The notes: generated by a model not told the origin, from the letters alone. A DNA stretch of 64,000 nucleotides from Opitutales bacterium (GCA_963692525.1 OY829953.1:4420720-4484719), one strand, 5' to 3'; shown: positions 10,390 to 19,783, counted from the stretch's first letter. Program-made: numbers and translations.

Positions 10390-11301
10390 CTAAACCAAAG
10401 TATTCTCAACGGAACCGATAATCCCCATTTTCTGCGCCAGCAACTCCACTTCTCTTAAATGCCAATCGTAGGCGACACGGTACGGGGGCCTGACGATTAC
10501 ATGGTCAATGACTCCCTTCCATTTAAGAATATGTTTCATCGTGGAATAATTGTAAGGCAGGAGTTGTCCCCCATAAGCGATCATCGGTAACATCTGTTCC
10601 ACGAAATAGTTTCTTGCATCTTCCCATTTTTCTTCTTTTACCAATTTGTGCAACGCGACCTCGCGTTCGGGCATAACCGCGGCAGACCCCGCGACGACCC
10701 CGTCACTCCCCGCGCCATATGTAATCAAGGTGTACATATCCGACCCGCATAAACAGGGAATAGTTAATGCCTCCGTTTTCAGCGCATCGAATGAACCAAC
10801 ATCACCGCTTACTTTCATCGCCACGATACGATCACAGGAACGAACTATGGGCAGAACATCTTTTTGTATGTCGAGACTGCCATTGTCAGTCATATCATAA
10901 ATCATGACTGAAATTTCATCTGCCATTTTCAGAAAAAACGAGCGCAGGTTCTGGTAGGATTTCTTTTTAACCATCGCAAAACTGGCACCCTGCTTTGCAG
11001 CGATCCTGGCTACTTTTATCCCTTCATCCAGATCGACCGAAATCGCTCCCAGGCCTACAGGAACCCGACCATTTACATGTTCAACTACGTGGCTTATCAC
11101 CTGCTCGATTTCATTGAGGTTCAGGCCCTCAAACTCACCCGCTTTACCACAAGCGACAAGTCCATTTACTCCCGCATCGAGAACGTAATCAATCTGGCGA
11201 TTCATGCTGAGAGGATCAAATTTGCTCCCATCTTTATTAAAGGGTGTAAGCAGCAGCGTGTATACTCCACCCTTTAAATGAATATCTTTTTCGCTCGTCA
11301 T
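10390..11301 (-). CDS. Dihydrodipicolinate synthase / N-acetylneuraminate lyase family aldolase
   Basis: 303 aa with family-like blocks LTPF, GLVACGKAGEF and IVAMKVSGD (putative Schiff-base Lys). Confidence 0.8.
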   Translation of the reverse strand: MTSEKDIHLKGGVYTLLLTPFNKDGSKFDPLSMNRQIDYVLDAGVNGLVACGKAGEFEGLNLNEIEQVISHVVEHVNGRVPVGLGAISVDLDEGIKVARIAAKQGASFAMVKKKSYQNLRSFFLKMADEISVMIYDMTDNGSLDIQKDVLPIVRSCDRIVAMKVSGDVGSFDALKTEALTIPCLCGSDMYTLITYGAGSDGVVAGSAAVMPEREVALHKLVKEEKWEDARNYFVEQMLPMIAYGGQLLPYNYSTMKHILKWKGVIDHVIVRPPYRVAYDWHLREVELLAQKMGIIGSVENTLV

Positions 11302-11404
11302 CGTATATTTTCGTGTGAATTAAATTGCATCAGTGACAGATAACAGTCCAAGTTAAAAACGCCATGTTTATTAAATCAACCCATTAAGTTTCGGACTGAT
11401 TCTT

Positions 11405-11538
11405 TTTGTCATCGCGAGGCTGATTGTCAGCCGTGGCGATCCAGGGGAATATCGGACGCATATTGTAAGCCCCCTGGAATGGAAGATGTCGCTACGCTCG
11501 GTAGCGGCAGTCGGCCACGCCTCCTTCGCAATGACAAG
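11405..11538. repeat. Hairpin element of the 'gtcatcgcgag / cgatccagg' family carrying a 25-nt module insertion
   Basis: Same element as 50311-50421, but with 'ggaagatgtcgctacgctcggtagc' (11481-11505) inserted in the right arm. Confidence 0.8.
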
Positions 11539-11790
11539 ATTGAATAATGATGGGAGAAGACGCTCTGAGAAAAAGTAATGGAGGGCCACGCTCCGTCGTG
11601 GCCGTTAATTTTAAAATTAACCCTACATATCTTATTATAGGAATATAGAAAAAGGTTATATTAAAGAAATAAAGGGACGAAGACGAAGCTGTTTCGATAG
11701 TAGGTCACTCATCTTCTCATTCACGCATATCCCTTTTGACTTTTTGACTATTATCATGTGATTTTAGGTTTTAGAGATGGGAGATAAATT

Positions 11791-13569
11791 TTGAAAATTG
11801 CGAGTTTTGTACGGGATGGAGAAATCGATTGTGGGCTGGTCGACGGTGATCAGGGTTACCGGGTTTTTGACAATCACCCTGTAATCGGCAGCTTAAACTC
11901 CGAAAGCAGAATCTTCCACCTCCTCGGTCTATCGCCTGAAGAGAGAGATCGAGTCGATGAGGAGATGAAGGGTGCACCACTGATTTCTAGCAGTGAAATC
12001 AAACTGCTTCCCGCCATTCCTCACTGTCCGCTTTATATTTATAATCATGCGAATAATCCAACTGTATGGAAGCGGCAGATAAACAGAGAGTGGGAAGTCA
12101 CGCGATTGCCCTATATGCGGATCAGATCCTACAATTGCTTCAGCGGTGATGGGTGGGAAATTCCGATACACCCCGGGACAACGCTGTCTTGTGGGGCCGA
12201 GCTGGGTGTCGTGATCGGCCGTGAAGCCTACCGGGTTCCCCCCGAAAAAGCCGTGGAGCATATCGCCGGCCTCGTCTGTCTGAACGACAACTTCATCGAA
12301 GGTGATCACGAAGCATTCATCGACAACTCATCACCTGAGTCGGAGATGCACCAACACCAGGGTCTGCACGTTCTTTTTAAAACCGGTGATGGTAACGGCG
12401 GAATGGGACCCTGGATAACAACCGCTGAAGAATTTGAAAAGGTCATTGAAAACCGTTTACAACAGCAAGCATCTGATCGTTATCGGAATGTCCATGCCGC
12501 ATCCTGGATCTATGACAAAATGATGTGGACAAAAATAAACGGAGAAATCTGTGACGAGGCTTATACCGGCACCTATCTCTTCGGTGCGGAGTGGATGATT
12601 ACCTACCTCTCTCGATTTATGACCTTGCCCACAGGATCTATTATCGGCCTGGGAGCAGCGGGTTGGGACGGCGTGCACTTGCCCAGCATGGATGAACCGG
12701 GAGCAGCGTTTGAGGTGGCGGTCGAGTTACAGGGTGTAGGTGCATCCCGCACGACGGTCAGAAGACAAGCTGTCGATGAAGCAAGTGAGAGTCCCTTTAT
12801 TAAAAACATTACCGCTGCCGGTCTCAATCCTTCAAAGGCTATAATAAAACGCCCGTGCCGTGCGCTCTGGGTTCAACGCGGAAACAATCCCGAATCGGAT
12901 CCGGGTCTCCCCGTGACCGGTTTAAATCCTATTCTCTTTCCCACGACCGCATTGAAAGAAGATGCCAGCCCTATTATCCTTCCCCCTCACGCCACAAGTA
13001 TTCATCTTTCCGTCCAGGTTGCCGGAATTGTCGGCCCCGGAACACTCTATGGGCTCGGCAGTGACGGGCGGAAAATTAATGAAGAGGAATGTATTGAAAG
13101 GATCTCTCTTTTCGTGTCGGTAAGAGATACCTCGCTCATAGATGCGATAAAAGATCCATTCCCCTATGAAATGCGTGCAGCATATTTTTTCAGTTCTTGT
13201 GCTGACGGATTTTTCAGGCTCGGCGATCCCCTCCCCTATAAAGATATTGTGGACCTTTCAGCACAGACTATAAAGATGTCACTCCCTGGAATTGGGGAAC
13301 GCAATTGCAGCATAGCTGATTACCGTTTCGGGTTTTCAGAGATGCTCGCGATGATCAGCCGGACGATCACCCTATTTCCCGGTGATGTTGTCTCCCTCGG
13401 AGCGGCGGGCGCAGAAATTGTAATTCCGTCAGACTCGAAGATAGAAAAAGTGGAGAACAACGACGATAATGGAGAAGGCATTTTATCAGTCGACTCTTCC
13501 TGGGGCGCAACGATGCGTTTGACATTTGACGATCAGAGAGATTCCCGGTTTTTGGAAGTAAGGAGATAG
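11791..13569 (+). CDS. Fumarylacetoacetate hydrolase (FAH) family protein, apparently two tandem FAH-like domains
   Basis: 592 aa with a TTG start. MKIASFVRDGE.. is a typical FAH-family N-terminus. Blocks GAELGVVIGREA..LNDNF (domain 1) and ILFPTTAL..VQVAGIVGPG (domain 2). Confidence 0.7.
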   Translation: MKIASFVRDGEIDCGLVDGDQGYRVFDNHPVIGSLNSESRIFHLLGLSPEERDRVDEEMKGAPLISSSEIKLLPAIPHCPLYIYNHANNPTVWKRQINREWEVTRLPYMRIRSYNCFSGDGWEIPIHPGTTLSCGAELGVVIGREAYRVPPEKAVEHIAGLVCLNDNFIEGDHEAFIDNSSPESEMHQHQGLHVLFKTGDGNGGMGPWITTAEEFEKVIENRLQQQASDRYRNVHAASWIYDKMMWTKINGEICDEAYTGTYLFGAEWMITYLSRFMTLPTGSIIGLGAAGWDGVHLPSMDEPGAAFEVAVELQGVGASRTTVRRQAVDEASESPFIKNITAAGLNPSKAIIKRPCRALWVQRGNNPESDPGLPVTGLNPILFPTTALKEDASPIILPPHATSIHLSVQVAGIVGPGTLYGLGSDGRKINEEECIERISLFVSVRDTSLIDAIKDPFPYEMRAAYFFSSCADGFFRLGDPLPYKDIVDLSAQTIKMSLPGIGERNCSIADYRFGFSEMLAMISRTITLFPGDVVSLGAAGAEIVIPSDSKIEKVENNDDNGEGILSVDSSWGATMRLTFDDQRDSRFLEVRR

Positions 13570-13576
13570 GAGATTA

Positions 13577-13712
13577 GTCAAAACGTCAAAAGGTCAAAAA
13601 GTTGAAGACGATTAGAGTATAAATGCGATCTTAGAATGGGATTAATCTTTCTTTAAATGACGTATCAGAGCAGCATCTACCTTTTGACTTTTTGACCTTT
13701 TGACGTTTTGAC
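13577..13712. terminator. Perfect 26-bp inverted repeat of TTTTGAC words between convergent genes (candidate bidirectional terminator or processing stem)
   Basis: 'gtcaaaacgtcaaaaggtcaaaaagt' (13577-13602) is the exact reverse complement of 13687-13712. The loop is 84 nt. Confidence 0.75.
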
Positions 13713-13720
13713 CCATTGCA

Positions 13721-16700
13721 TTACCGCGCTCCGCCTTCCAAGCGTATGCGTGGGTCCAGCCACATGAGCAGGAGATCACTGACGAGGGTACCCATTACGC
13801 CCAACAGACTCAAAACCATGAGCATGGATCCCGCGAGATAAGTGTCTTCCATCATCAGCGCTTCCAACATCAACGGTCCCACGGTGGGTAAACTGAGTAC
13901 CATCGCGACAATCGCCCCGCCGGAAACGAGATGCGGGAAGAGCGCACCTATACCCGAGATAAAAGGATTAATCGCGATACGTACCGGGTATTTAATCAGC
14001 AATTTGAATGGACGCACGCCCTTGGCCATCGCGGTCGTGACATAGGGCTTTCGCAGCTCGTCGAGTAGATTACCGCGCATCACACGGACCATACCTGCAG
14101 TACCGGCAACGCCCAAAACCACAATCGGCACCCAGATATGTTGTAAAAGATCGATTATTTTTCCGACAGTCCATTCCGGCTGACCGGCGTGTTCAGGTGA
14201 AAAGAGCCCGGTCATACTGATACCGAAATAGACTTTGCTCCAGTACATGATTAGCAGCGCGAGGAGAAAGCTGGGTACGCACATTCCAATGAAGCCGAGG
14301 AAAGTGAAAAAGTAATCGGCAATTGAATACTGGCGCATGGCCGAATAAATGCCAATAGGCAGAGCAACTGCCCAGGTAAAAAGGACCGAACCCAACGCGA
14401 TAAGGACCGTGAGCAGTATACGATCACCAATCACATCGTTGACCGGTCTCCGGCTCTCCATGGAATAACCCAGGTGGCCTTGGAGTAATCCGCGATCCTC
14501 TGATCTATAGGATAAAAACCAGGGCAGACCTAACCAATCCATGTACTGGTTTAAAATAGGTTCATCGAGAGGAAATAACTCACGCAGCTGCTCGGCTTCA
14601 ATAATGTGCTGTTGCTCACCCGATATTTCCACCTCTAAAATCTTAATATCAATATAATTGCTTGGGGGAAGTTGAATGATCGTAAAGGTAACAATAGACA
14701 TGAAAAGGAGGGTGGGCAGCATAATTAATAAGCGTCGTCCAACATAAGGATGTCTCAGCCCGGCAAGGATAAGTCCCAATGTAAATATACCCAGGAAGAG
14801 ATGGCGAACAAACCTGCCAAACGGAATTTCATTACGGCGTTCAAGTGAATCCCTGATCGGGACATTACCTCGCGGTGTGATTTTAATTATTTCTTTTTTT
14901 ATTTGTGCAATTGTTCCGAGTGAATCTTTCGGGTTTTCGAAATAGAAAGTTTCCGGGCCGCCATGAGAGGGTGCCCACCAACCCCCGTATAAAAGTTTAC
15001 GTGGCACGTTTTTGAAATCATTCTTCACAATAGCAAGCTTGGGAAACGCTGTAGAGATGCCAATTACCCAGCGTTCATCAGCCATGATATCCTGGATTTC
15101 CCGAATAATCTTCCTCTGCTCTTGAAGGGTGAGGGCCTGGTGCGAAGCATCAAACAATTCCATCGTTCGCCGCACCGGGTGGCCTGGAGGCGGCTCGATC
15201 CTGCCTACTTTCTTCGCCTCGGGGTTACCGTAAAGCCCACCATCATTATACCATGCGTAATAGCCAAGCGCTTGGGCCGAACTGCCGAGGAAACCATCAC
15301 CTTTAAGCAGTGGATTGTTAGATCCCGTCCCACCCCAGATAAGAAAATCAGATTTTCGCGCAAGGTGAATTACCGTTCTGAGATTGACCGACATTTGACG
15401 CTCGATGGCATGGATGCCAACTTTTTTCCAATCCTCGACGATAAAGGAGAGCGTGCCTTCAGCAAAGTTAGGGATTATATCGAGATTCCAAATCATCCGC
15501 CTACCATCAGCAAAAGTACGATACCCTTCAGCATCACGCCCCGTTAATCCGATATCATCCAATATCCGGTTGGCTCGTTTGGGATCGTACTCGGTATAAC
15601 CTTTTTGCAATTCTTCATGATAAAAATAAGATTTTCTAACGGGCGCGTCTTGCGCCGGTTCTCCCCATCCATCATAGATCGCATCAATGATGTCCCACCT
15701 GTTTATCGCCAGCGAAAGCGCTTTGCGGAACCGCTTGTCATTAAGCAATTCCCATTTATTTTTTGTTCTTGGATCCTCGGGATCGATGTAACGATTCAGA
15801 TTGGGATAAAGCGCATAACTGGATACCTCATTACCGTACCAGTGGTAGACTTCATAATCATTTTCTTCACGCTGCGACATGAGGAGGGTGTAATATCTTT
15901 GGTAAATATTCATCGCCTGCATCGTTATACCTCCTTCTGCGGCGGTGATCGGAACCAATGCCGCGTTTTTAACATCGAGTAAAATACGGTCGACATAGGG
16001 AAGTTGATTACCCTCTGGATCGACCGCCCAGTAGTAGGGATTGCGTACGTATGATCTTGGAGGATTTGCTTTATTCGTGCGATAAAGCCATGGCCAGAGT
16101 CGGGGATGTTGAACGTTGTCAAAGAGCTGAAGCTCCGCATAGAGCCCACGTCGCGTGGAAATATCTCTCGCCTTCATCTCGACTTCAATCAGTTCATCAT
16201 CGCCGAATTCAGGGTGATATTTTTCCAGGTAATGGCGGGGGACACAGAACCCGTAATCACCCGTCAATCGCTCCAGAAACAACACGTGTGGAACGGGGAA
16301 GACAAATTTAACCGTATGGCTGTCTATTTTTATGATTTCACCCGTGTGACCGGCAATCTTCATCGCTGCGCTTATTGCCTTTAGTGACATTTTCGATTCA
16401 AAAATCCATTGGTAGAGAATGTCATCCGCGGTGAAAGGGTGGCCATCAGACCATTTCATCCCCTTGCGAAGGTAAACTGTCCACTCTTTGCGGTCAGGTG
16501 ATACTTTCCAACCCTTAGCGATGTGGGGCACAATCGGATAACCGAGAGGAGACCAGCGCACCAGGGGCGACCCCCCATACCGGTTTCCAATTAAATCTTT
16601 AAGATAATGTGGACTGTTTAAAACACCTAACCAGGTGCCACCGTAATTACCGATGCCGTCTACTCCTTCGATCACAACCGGTTCAGGTCCAACCCGTTCA

Positions 16701-16999
16701 GCCACCGGTGGCAACTTTCCCTCTTTGACTAATTCCGCGATGATAGGTGACTCGCCTTTTGGGTACCACCGCGCTGACTCGCCTTCAGTGTAATCGACAT
16801 CGACCTGAATAGTGTATTCATCTTCCGGACCCAAACGATTATCGCGAACCGATTTCGTTTCCTCAATAATCTCCGGCGCGTATTGAAGGGGTTCTTCCAG
16901 CAAATCCGTTTTTAAAACACGACTCCAAAGGTAGATGAATCCATAAAAAAAACATCCCGCAAGAACGAGAAACCCGAGATGTTTGAAAACTATTTTCAT
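13721..16999 (-). CDS. Fusion protein: family-5 (Opp/Dpp-type) ABC substrate-binding domain + OppB/DppB-like permease domain
   Basis: N-terminal TM anchor, an SBP-like region of about 680 aa, an extra TM, then a permease domain (YVGRRLLIMLPTLLFMS.., YVTTAMAKGVRPFKLLIKYPVRIAINPFISG). I chose the ATG at 16999, because the 15 codons upstream are translated repeat words. Confidence 0.8.
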   Translation of the reverse strand: MKIVFKHLGFLVLAGCFFYGFIYLWSRVLKTDLLEEPLQYAPEIIEETKSVRDNRLGPEDEYTIQVDVDYTEGESARWYPKGESPIIAELVKEGKLPPVAERVGPEPVVIEGVDGIGNYGGTWLGVLNSPHYLKDLIGNRYGGSPLVRWSPLGYPIVPHIAKGWKVSPDRKEWTVYLRKGMKWSDGHPFTADDILYQWIFESKMSLKAISAAMKIAGHTGEIIKIDSHTVKFVFPVPHVLFLERLTGDYGFCVPRHYLEKYHPEFGDDELIEVEMKARDISTRRGLYAELQLFDNVQHPRLWPWLYRTNKANPPRSYVRNPYYWAVDPEGNQLPYVDRILLDVKNAALVPITAAEGGITMQAMNIYQRYYTLLMSQREENDYEVYHWYGNEVSSYALYPNLNRYIDPEDPRTKNKWELLNDKRFRKALSLAINRWDIIDAIYDGWGEPAQDAPVRKSYFYHEELQKGYTEYDPKRANRILDDIGLTGRDAEGYRTFADGRRMIWNLDIIPNFAEGTLSFIVEDWKKVGIHAIERQMSVNLRTVIHLARKSDFLIWGGTGSNNPLLKGDGFLGSSAQALGYYAWYNDGGLYGNPEAKKVGRIEPPPGHPVRRTMELFDASHQALTLQEQRKIIREIQDIMADERWVIGISTAFPKLAIVKNDFKNVPRKLLYGGWWAPSHGGPETFYFENPKDSLGTIAQIKKEIIKITPRGNVPIRDSLERRNEIPFGRFVRHLFLGIFTLGLILAGLRHPYVGRRLLIMLPTLLFMSIVTFTIIQLPPSNYIDIKILEVEISGEQQHIIEAEQLRELFPLDEPILNQYMDWLGLPWFLSYRSEDRGLLQGHLGYSMESRRPVNDVIGDRILLTVLIALGSVLFTWAVALPIGIYSAMRQYSIADYFFTFLGFIGMCVPSFLLALLIMYWSKVYFGISMTGLFSPEHAGQPEWTVGKIIDLLQHIWVPIVVLGVAGTAGMVRVMRGNLLDELRKPYVTTAMAKGVRPFKLLIKYPVRIAINPFISGIGALFPHLVSGGAIVAMVLSLPTVGPLMLEALMMEDTYLAGSMLMVLSLLGVMGTLVSDLLLMWLDPRIRLEGGAR

Positions 17000-17000
17000 T

Positions 17001-17418
17001 GTGCTTAGCCATAAAAAGTTAGCCACAAGAGACATGAGAGGCACAAGATTAAATTATTTCAGTAGAGCGGTCCAACATCTTTCATTCCAGAGGCAGTCAT
17101 TGTGATTACGAATACTAGTCTTTGCACTAGAACATGGGTAACTTAATATATAGTGAAGACAGGCAAACGTCTACTGAACGAAGTTTTACATCCCGGGACT
17201 GTGGTTACGCAACAGACATTCCCCTGGAGTGGAAGATGTCGCTGCGCTCGGTAGCTTCGTTGTTTCACTCCTCGCAATGACAATAGTGGGGCGGGCTGCC
17301 TGGCTCTCCGACTTGAAAGATGTCGTTCCGCTATTGCGGAACTCGGAACTGGTCCTCAGGCCTTCCGGCCATTTGGCTTTCTCGCCATCTGGATGTCAGG
17401 CCTTCCGGCTTTCTATTC
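17001..17418. repeat. Composite of repeat modules
   Basis: 'tagccacaagag..aggcacaag' words (17001-17048); a half 'caatccagg/gcaatgac' arm with an inserted 'ggaagatgtcgctgcgctcggtagc' (17212-17285); a hairpin module (17312-17352); 'ccttccggctttc' words (17353-17418). Confidence 0.7.
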
Positions 17419-17796
17419 CTAACCGTAAGCACCGTGTTCAAGAAAGCCGAGCAGGCATTTAAGCCTGGGGTTGGCGTCCTTGTAGATTTGCTCGGGCATC
17501 GTGTAATTCATGAAGGGAAAATATTTATGTCCGATAAATCGGCGGGCATAGGAAACCTGGGTAATGTAACGATTCTTATCAGTGCGGTTAGGATTAGTTC
17601 TGAGTTGGTCATCGGGTTCATTGCCGGCTGAATGGTTATTGTCTATCGCCCATTCGAATTCGGCTTTCAACTGGGAAACATGAGCTTCGGTCAGAACATT
17701 TTTCAGGAAGAGGAAACCCTGGCGGTTAAAGGTGTCCACCCATTCCTCGATCTGTTTGGGATCGAGTGGGTAGTTGGATTCAAAGCGCTGGGACAT
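17419..17796 (-). pseudogene. N-terminal fragment of a PhyH-like (phytanoyl-CoA dioxygenase family) gene
   Basis: 125-aa ORF. Its start (LDPKQIEEWVDTFNRQGFLFLKNVLTEAHVSQLKAEF) resembles PhyH N-termini. It ends before any HxD motif, and the stop abuts a word array. Confidence 0.4.
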
Positions 17797-17816
17797 GCCG
17801 ATTTCGGATTTCAGAT

Positions 17817-18150
17817 GATGGATGTCGAGCGTAGCTCTCGGTAGTCGATTGCGGATTGATTAGAGTAAAAAGGTCATAGCGATTGCCGATTGTCGATTAT
17901 TTCTGATGGATACATCAATCTTTCTTTTAACCTCATAACCCTGCCTGCCCTGAGAATAGTCGAAGGGAACCCTTGATCCTTCTCTACTTAACACCTAACA
18001 CCCTTGGCACGTCATAGCGGAGCGAAGACGGCTAAAACTAAACACTAACATAGTTACCGATCACAGCTCTCTTGTTGTCTGACCTTCTCGTTTTCCGGCT
18101 CTCTGTCAGTCTGGTATTCTAATCCTCTGGCTTTTCGGCTTTCCGGTCTT
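17817..18150. repeat. Composite of repeat modules
   Basis: 'ggatgtcgagcgtagctctcggtag', 'attgcggattg / attgccgattgtcgatt' words, 'cctgccctgagaatagtcgaagggaaccc' (compare 40162-40194 rc), 'acttaacacctaacaccc', and 'ttccggctctctg..ggctttccggtcttc' words. Confidence 0.6.
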
Positions 18151-18206
18151 CATTTTACTCGAGCGAATCGACGAAAAAACTTAGAAGATTACAGATTGGG
18201 AAAAGT

Positions 18207-18770
18207 ATGGATATTAAATTCTATAGATTTTACTTCAGTTCTATTTTATTGATCGGGATGTGTGCGTTCGCAGAAGCGAATATACCAGTTCATGCTCCCA
18301 CGCTTCGTTCTACCTATATTCATATAAATGGACTCAGCTACCATTTCGACGCGAGTCCTAGCGCCAACGAATTCCTTTATGGAGTTGGTTTTCACTACGA
18401 CTGGTTCTATACGCAGGACATCCAATTCAAATTCTTAAACGGAATATTGATAGCCTTGGAAGCTGAAATTTTTAATGATTCCCAGCACCACTGGGCTTAC
18501 GCCGCCGGCCTCTCCTTCACTCGCACTCTGCAAAAAACAGAAAAATTGAGCTTCGATCTTGGAATCACAACTGGCCTTACTTACAAAAAGAATCTTCGGA
18601 GAGATTCGGACCTCCCGGTCTACCCCTTTGCACTTCCTTTTTTCCAGATCGGGACCCAAAAGATTAAGATTAGGACTACGTGGATTCCACCAGTAAGACA
18701 TGACAGCGATAACCAACTTATTATTCAGCTCGTGCTCCGTTGGAAAGATGGTAGAAAAAAATATCAATGA
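18207..18770 (+). CDS. Small outer-membrane beta-barrel protein, PagP-like by eye
   Basis: 187 aa with a signal-like N-terminus and alternating beta-strand pattern. The C-terminal half (LGITTGLTYKKN..PVYPFALPFFQIG..IRTTWIPP..LIIQLVLRW) resembles the E. coli PagP layout. The gene is AT-rich. Confidence 0.4.
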   Translation: MDIKFYRFYFSSILLIGMCAFAEANIPVHAPTLRSTYIHINGLSYHFDASPSANEFLYGVGFHYDWFYTQDIQFKFLNGILIALEAEIFNDSQHHWAYAAGLSFTRTLQKTEKLSFDLGITTGLTYKKNLRRDSDLPVYPFALPFFQIGTQKIKIRTTWIPPVRHDSDNQLIIQLVLRWKDGRKKYQ

Positions 18771-18910
18771 ACAATAAATCGAGCTGTTTTTAGTGTATAA
18801 ATTTTTTATACTTTCATCACTTAATAATGATATGATGCCGTGAATTTTGAGTTTTCATGATACTTTGAACTGCCTTTGTCCCATACTTAGTCGGGAGCTA
18901 CACACTTCAT

Positions 18911-19726
18911 TTATGATTTTTTCTCGTGTATATTTTCTACACCCAGTTCCTCAAGTCGAGCGACCATCTTTTTACGCGCGGGTCCGGCATTTTGTATCAT
19001 CTCATCACTATACATGTACGGTCGATCTTCGTTCAAATGATATTTCACCTGATCTCTAAACTCCAAAATCTCAAGCAGATCATTTCCAGGATCGGGTGTG
19101 TAACCGATAAACAGCGTCCTTCGCGGGAGACCGTCTTCTCGTTGAAAGGCCGAGTGCCAGATGTGGTTGTTCCACAAAACTATGTCTCCCGGCAACGTAT
19201 GCAGGGAAATTGCTCCGGGAATTTTATCCGGATCTAGATGCAGACGCGGGCGGCTTCCTTTTTCCCAGTAACCACAGGACTGGAAAAGAGATGCCGAAAA
19301 TTCCGGGTGATGGCTTCCGGGAATTACATTTAACGATCCCGTATTTTTATCCATTTCATCGAGGTAAAGAGCAATTTTAAGGGTAACTGTTTTTCTCGCC
19401 GGGGAGCCATCACAATGCCAGGGTGTTTCATCTCTGTTTTCCCACATATCCTGACCCCCGTTGTATAGGCATTCAGTTCCCCAAATGTCACGCATCACCT
19501 CCATTATTTTGGGGTGTTCGATTAAATTACCAAGGGTTTCGTCCTCAAAAACAAAACGGGCTGTCATCCGTGTTCCGATTTTTGTGAAATAGTTATAGAG
19601 CGGAGCACTTGGGATTATACGCCTATAGGCCTTTTCGATTTGCTCAAATTCATCCGCGTTCATACAATTTCTTATCACGGTAAAACCAAAGGCGTGGAAC
19701 TGTCCGACTTCAAGTGCTGACAACAT
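18911..19726 (-). CDS. Phytanoyl-CoA dioxygenase (PhyH) family Fe(II)/2-oxoglutarate oxygenase
   Basis: 271 aa with an HCD motif (PWHCDGS), SLNVIPGSHH and NHIWHSA. Confidence 0.75.
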   Translation of the reverse strand: MLSALEVGQFHAFGFTVIRNCMNADEFEQIEKAYRRIIPSAPLYNYFTKIGTRMTARFVFEDETLGNLIEHPKIMEVMRDIWGTECLYNGGQDMWENRDETPWHCDGSPARKTVTLKIALYLDEMDKNTGSLNVIPGSHHPEFSASLFQSCGYWEKGSRPRLHLDPDKIPGAISLHTLPGDIVLWNNHIWHSAFQREDGLPRRTLFIGYTPDPGNDLLEILEFRDQVKYHLNEDRPYMYSDEMIQNAGPARKKMVARLEELGVENIHEKKS

Positions 19727-19783
19727 TGCTATGAGTTTATTGAAGTATCGTTAACTTTCAAGTGCCTCTTCTTGAGACTGCTG

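Noticed and set aside
13611-13680. Homology between the loop of the 13.6-kb stem and the centre of the 25.7-kb palindrome (25741-25810).
   Set aside because: Only three short shared blocks (8, 7 and 6 nt) are visible by eye. This needs a formal alignment before any claim, so it is mentioned only as a weak note.
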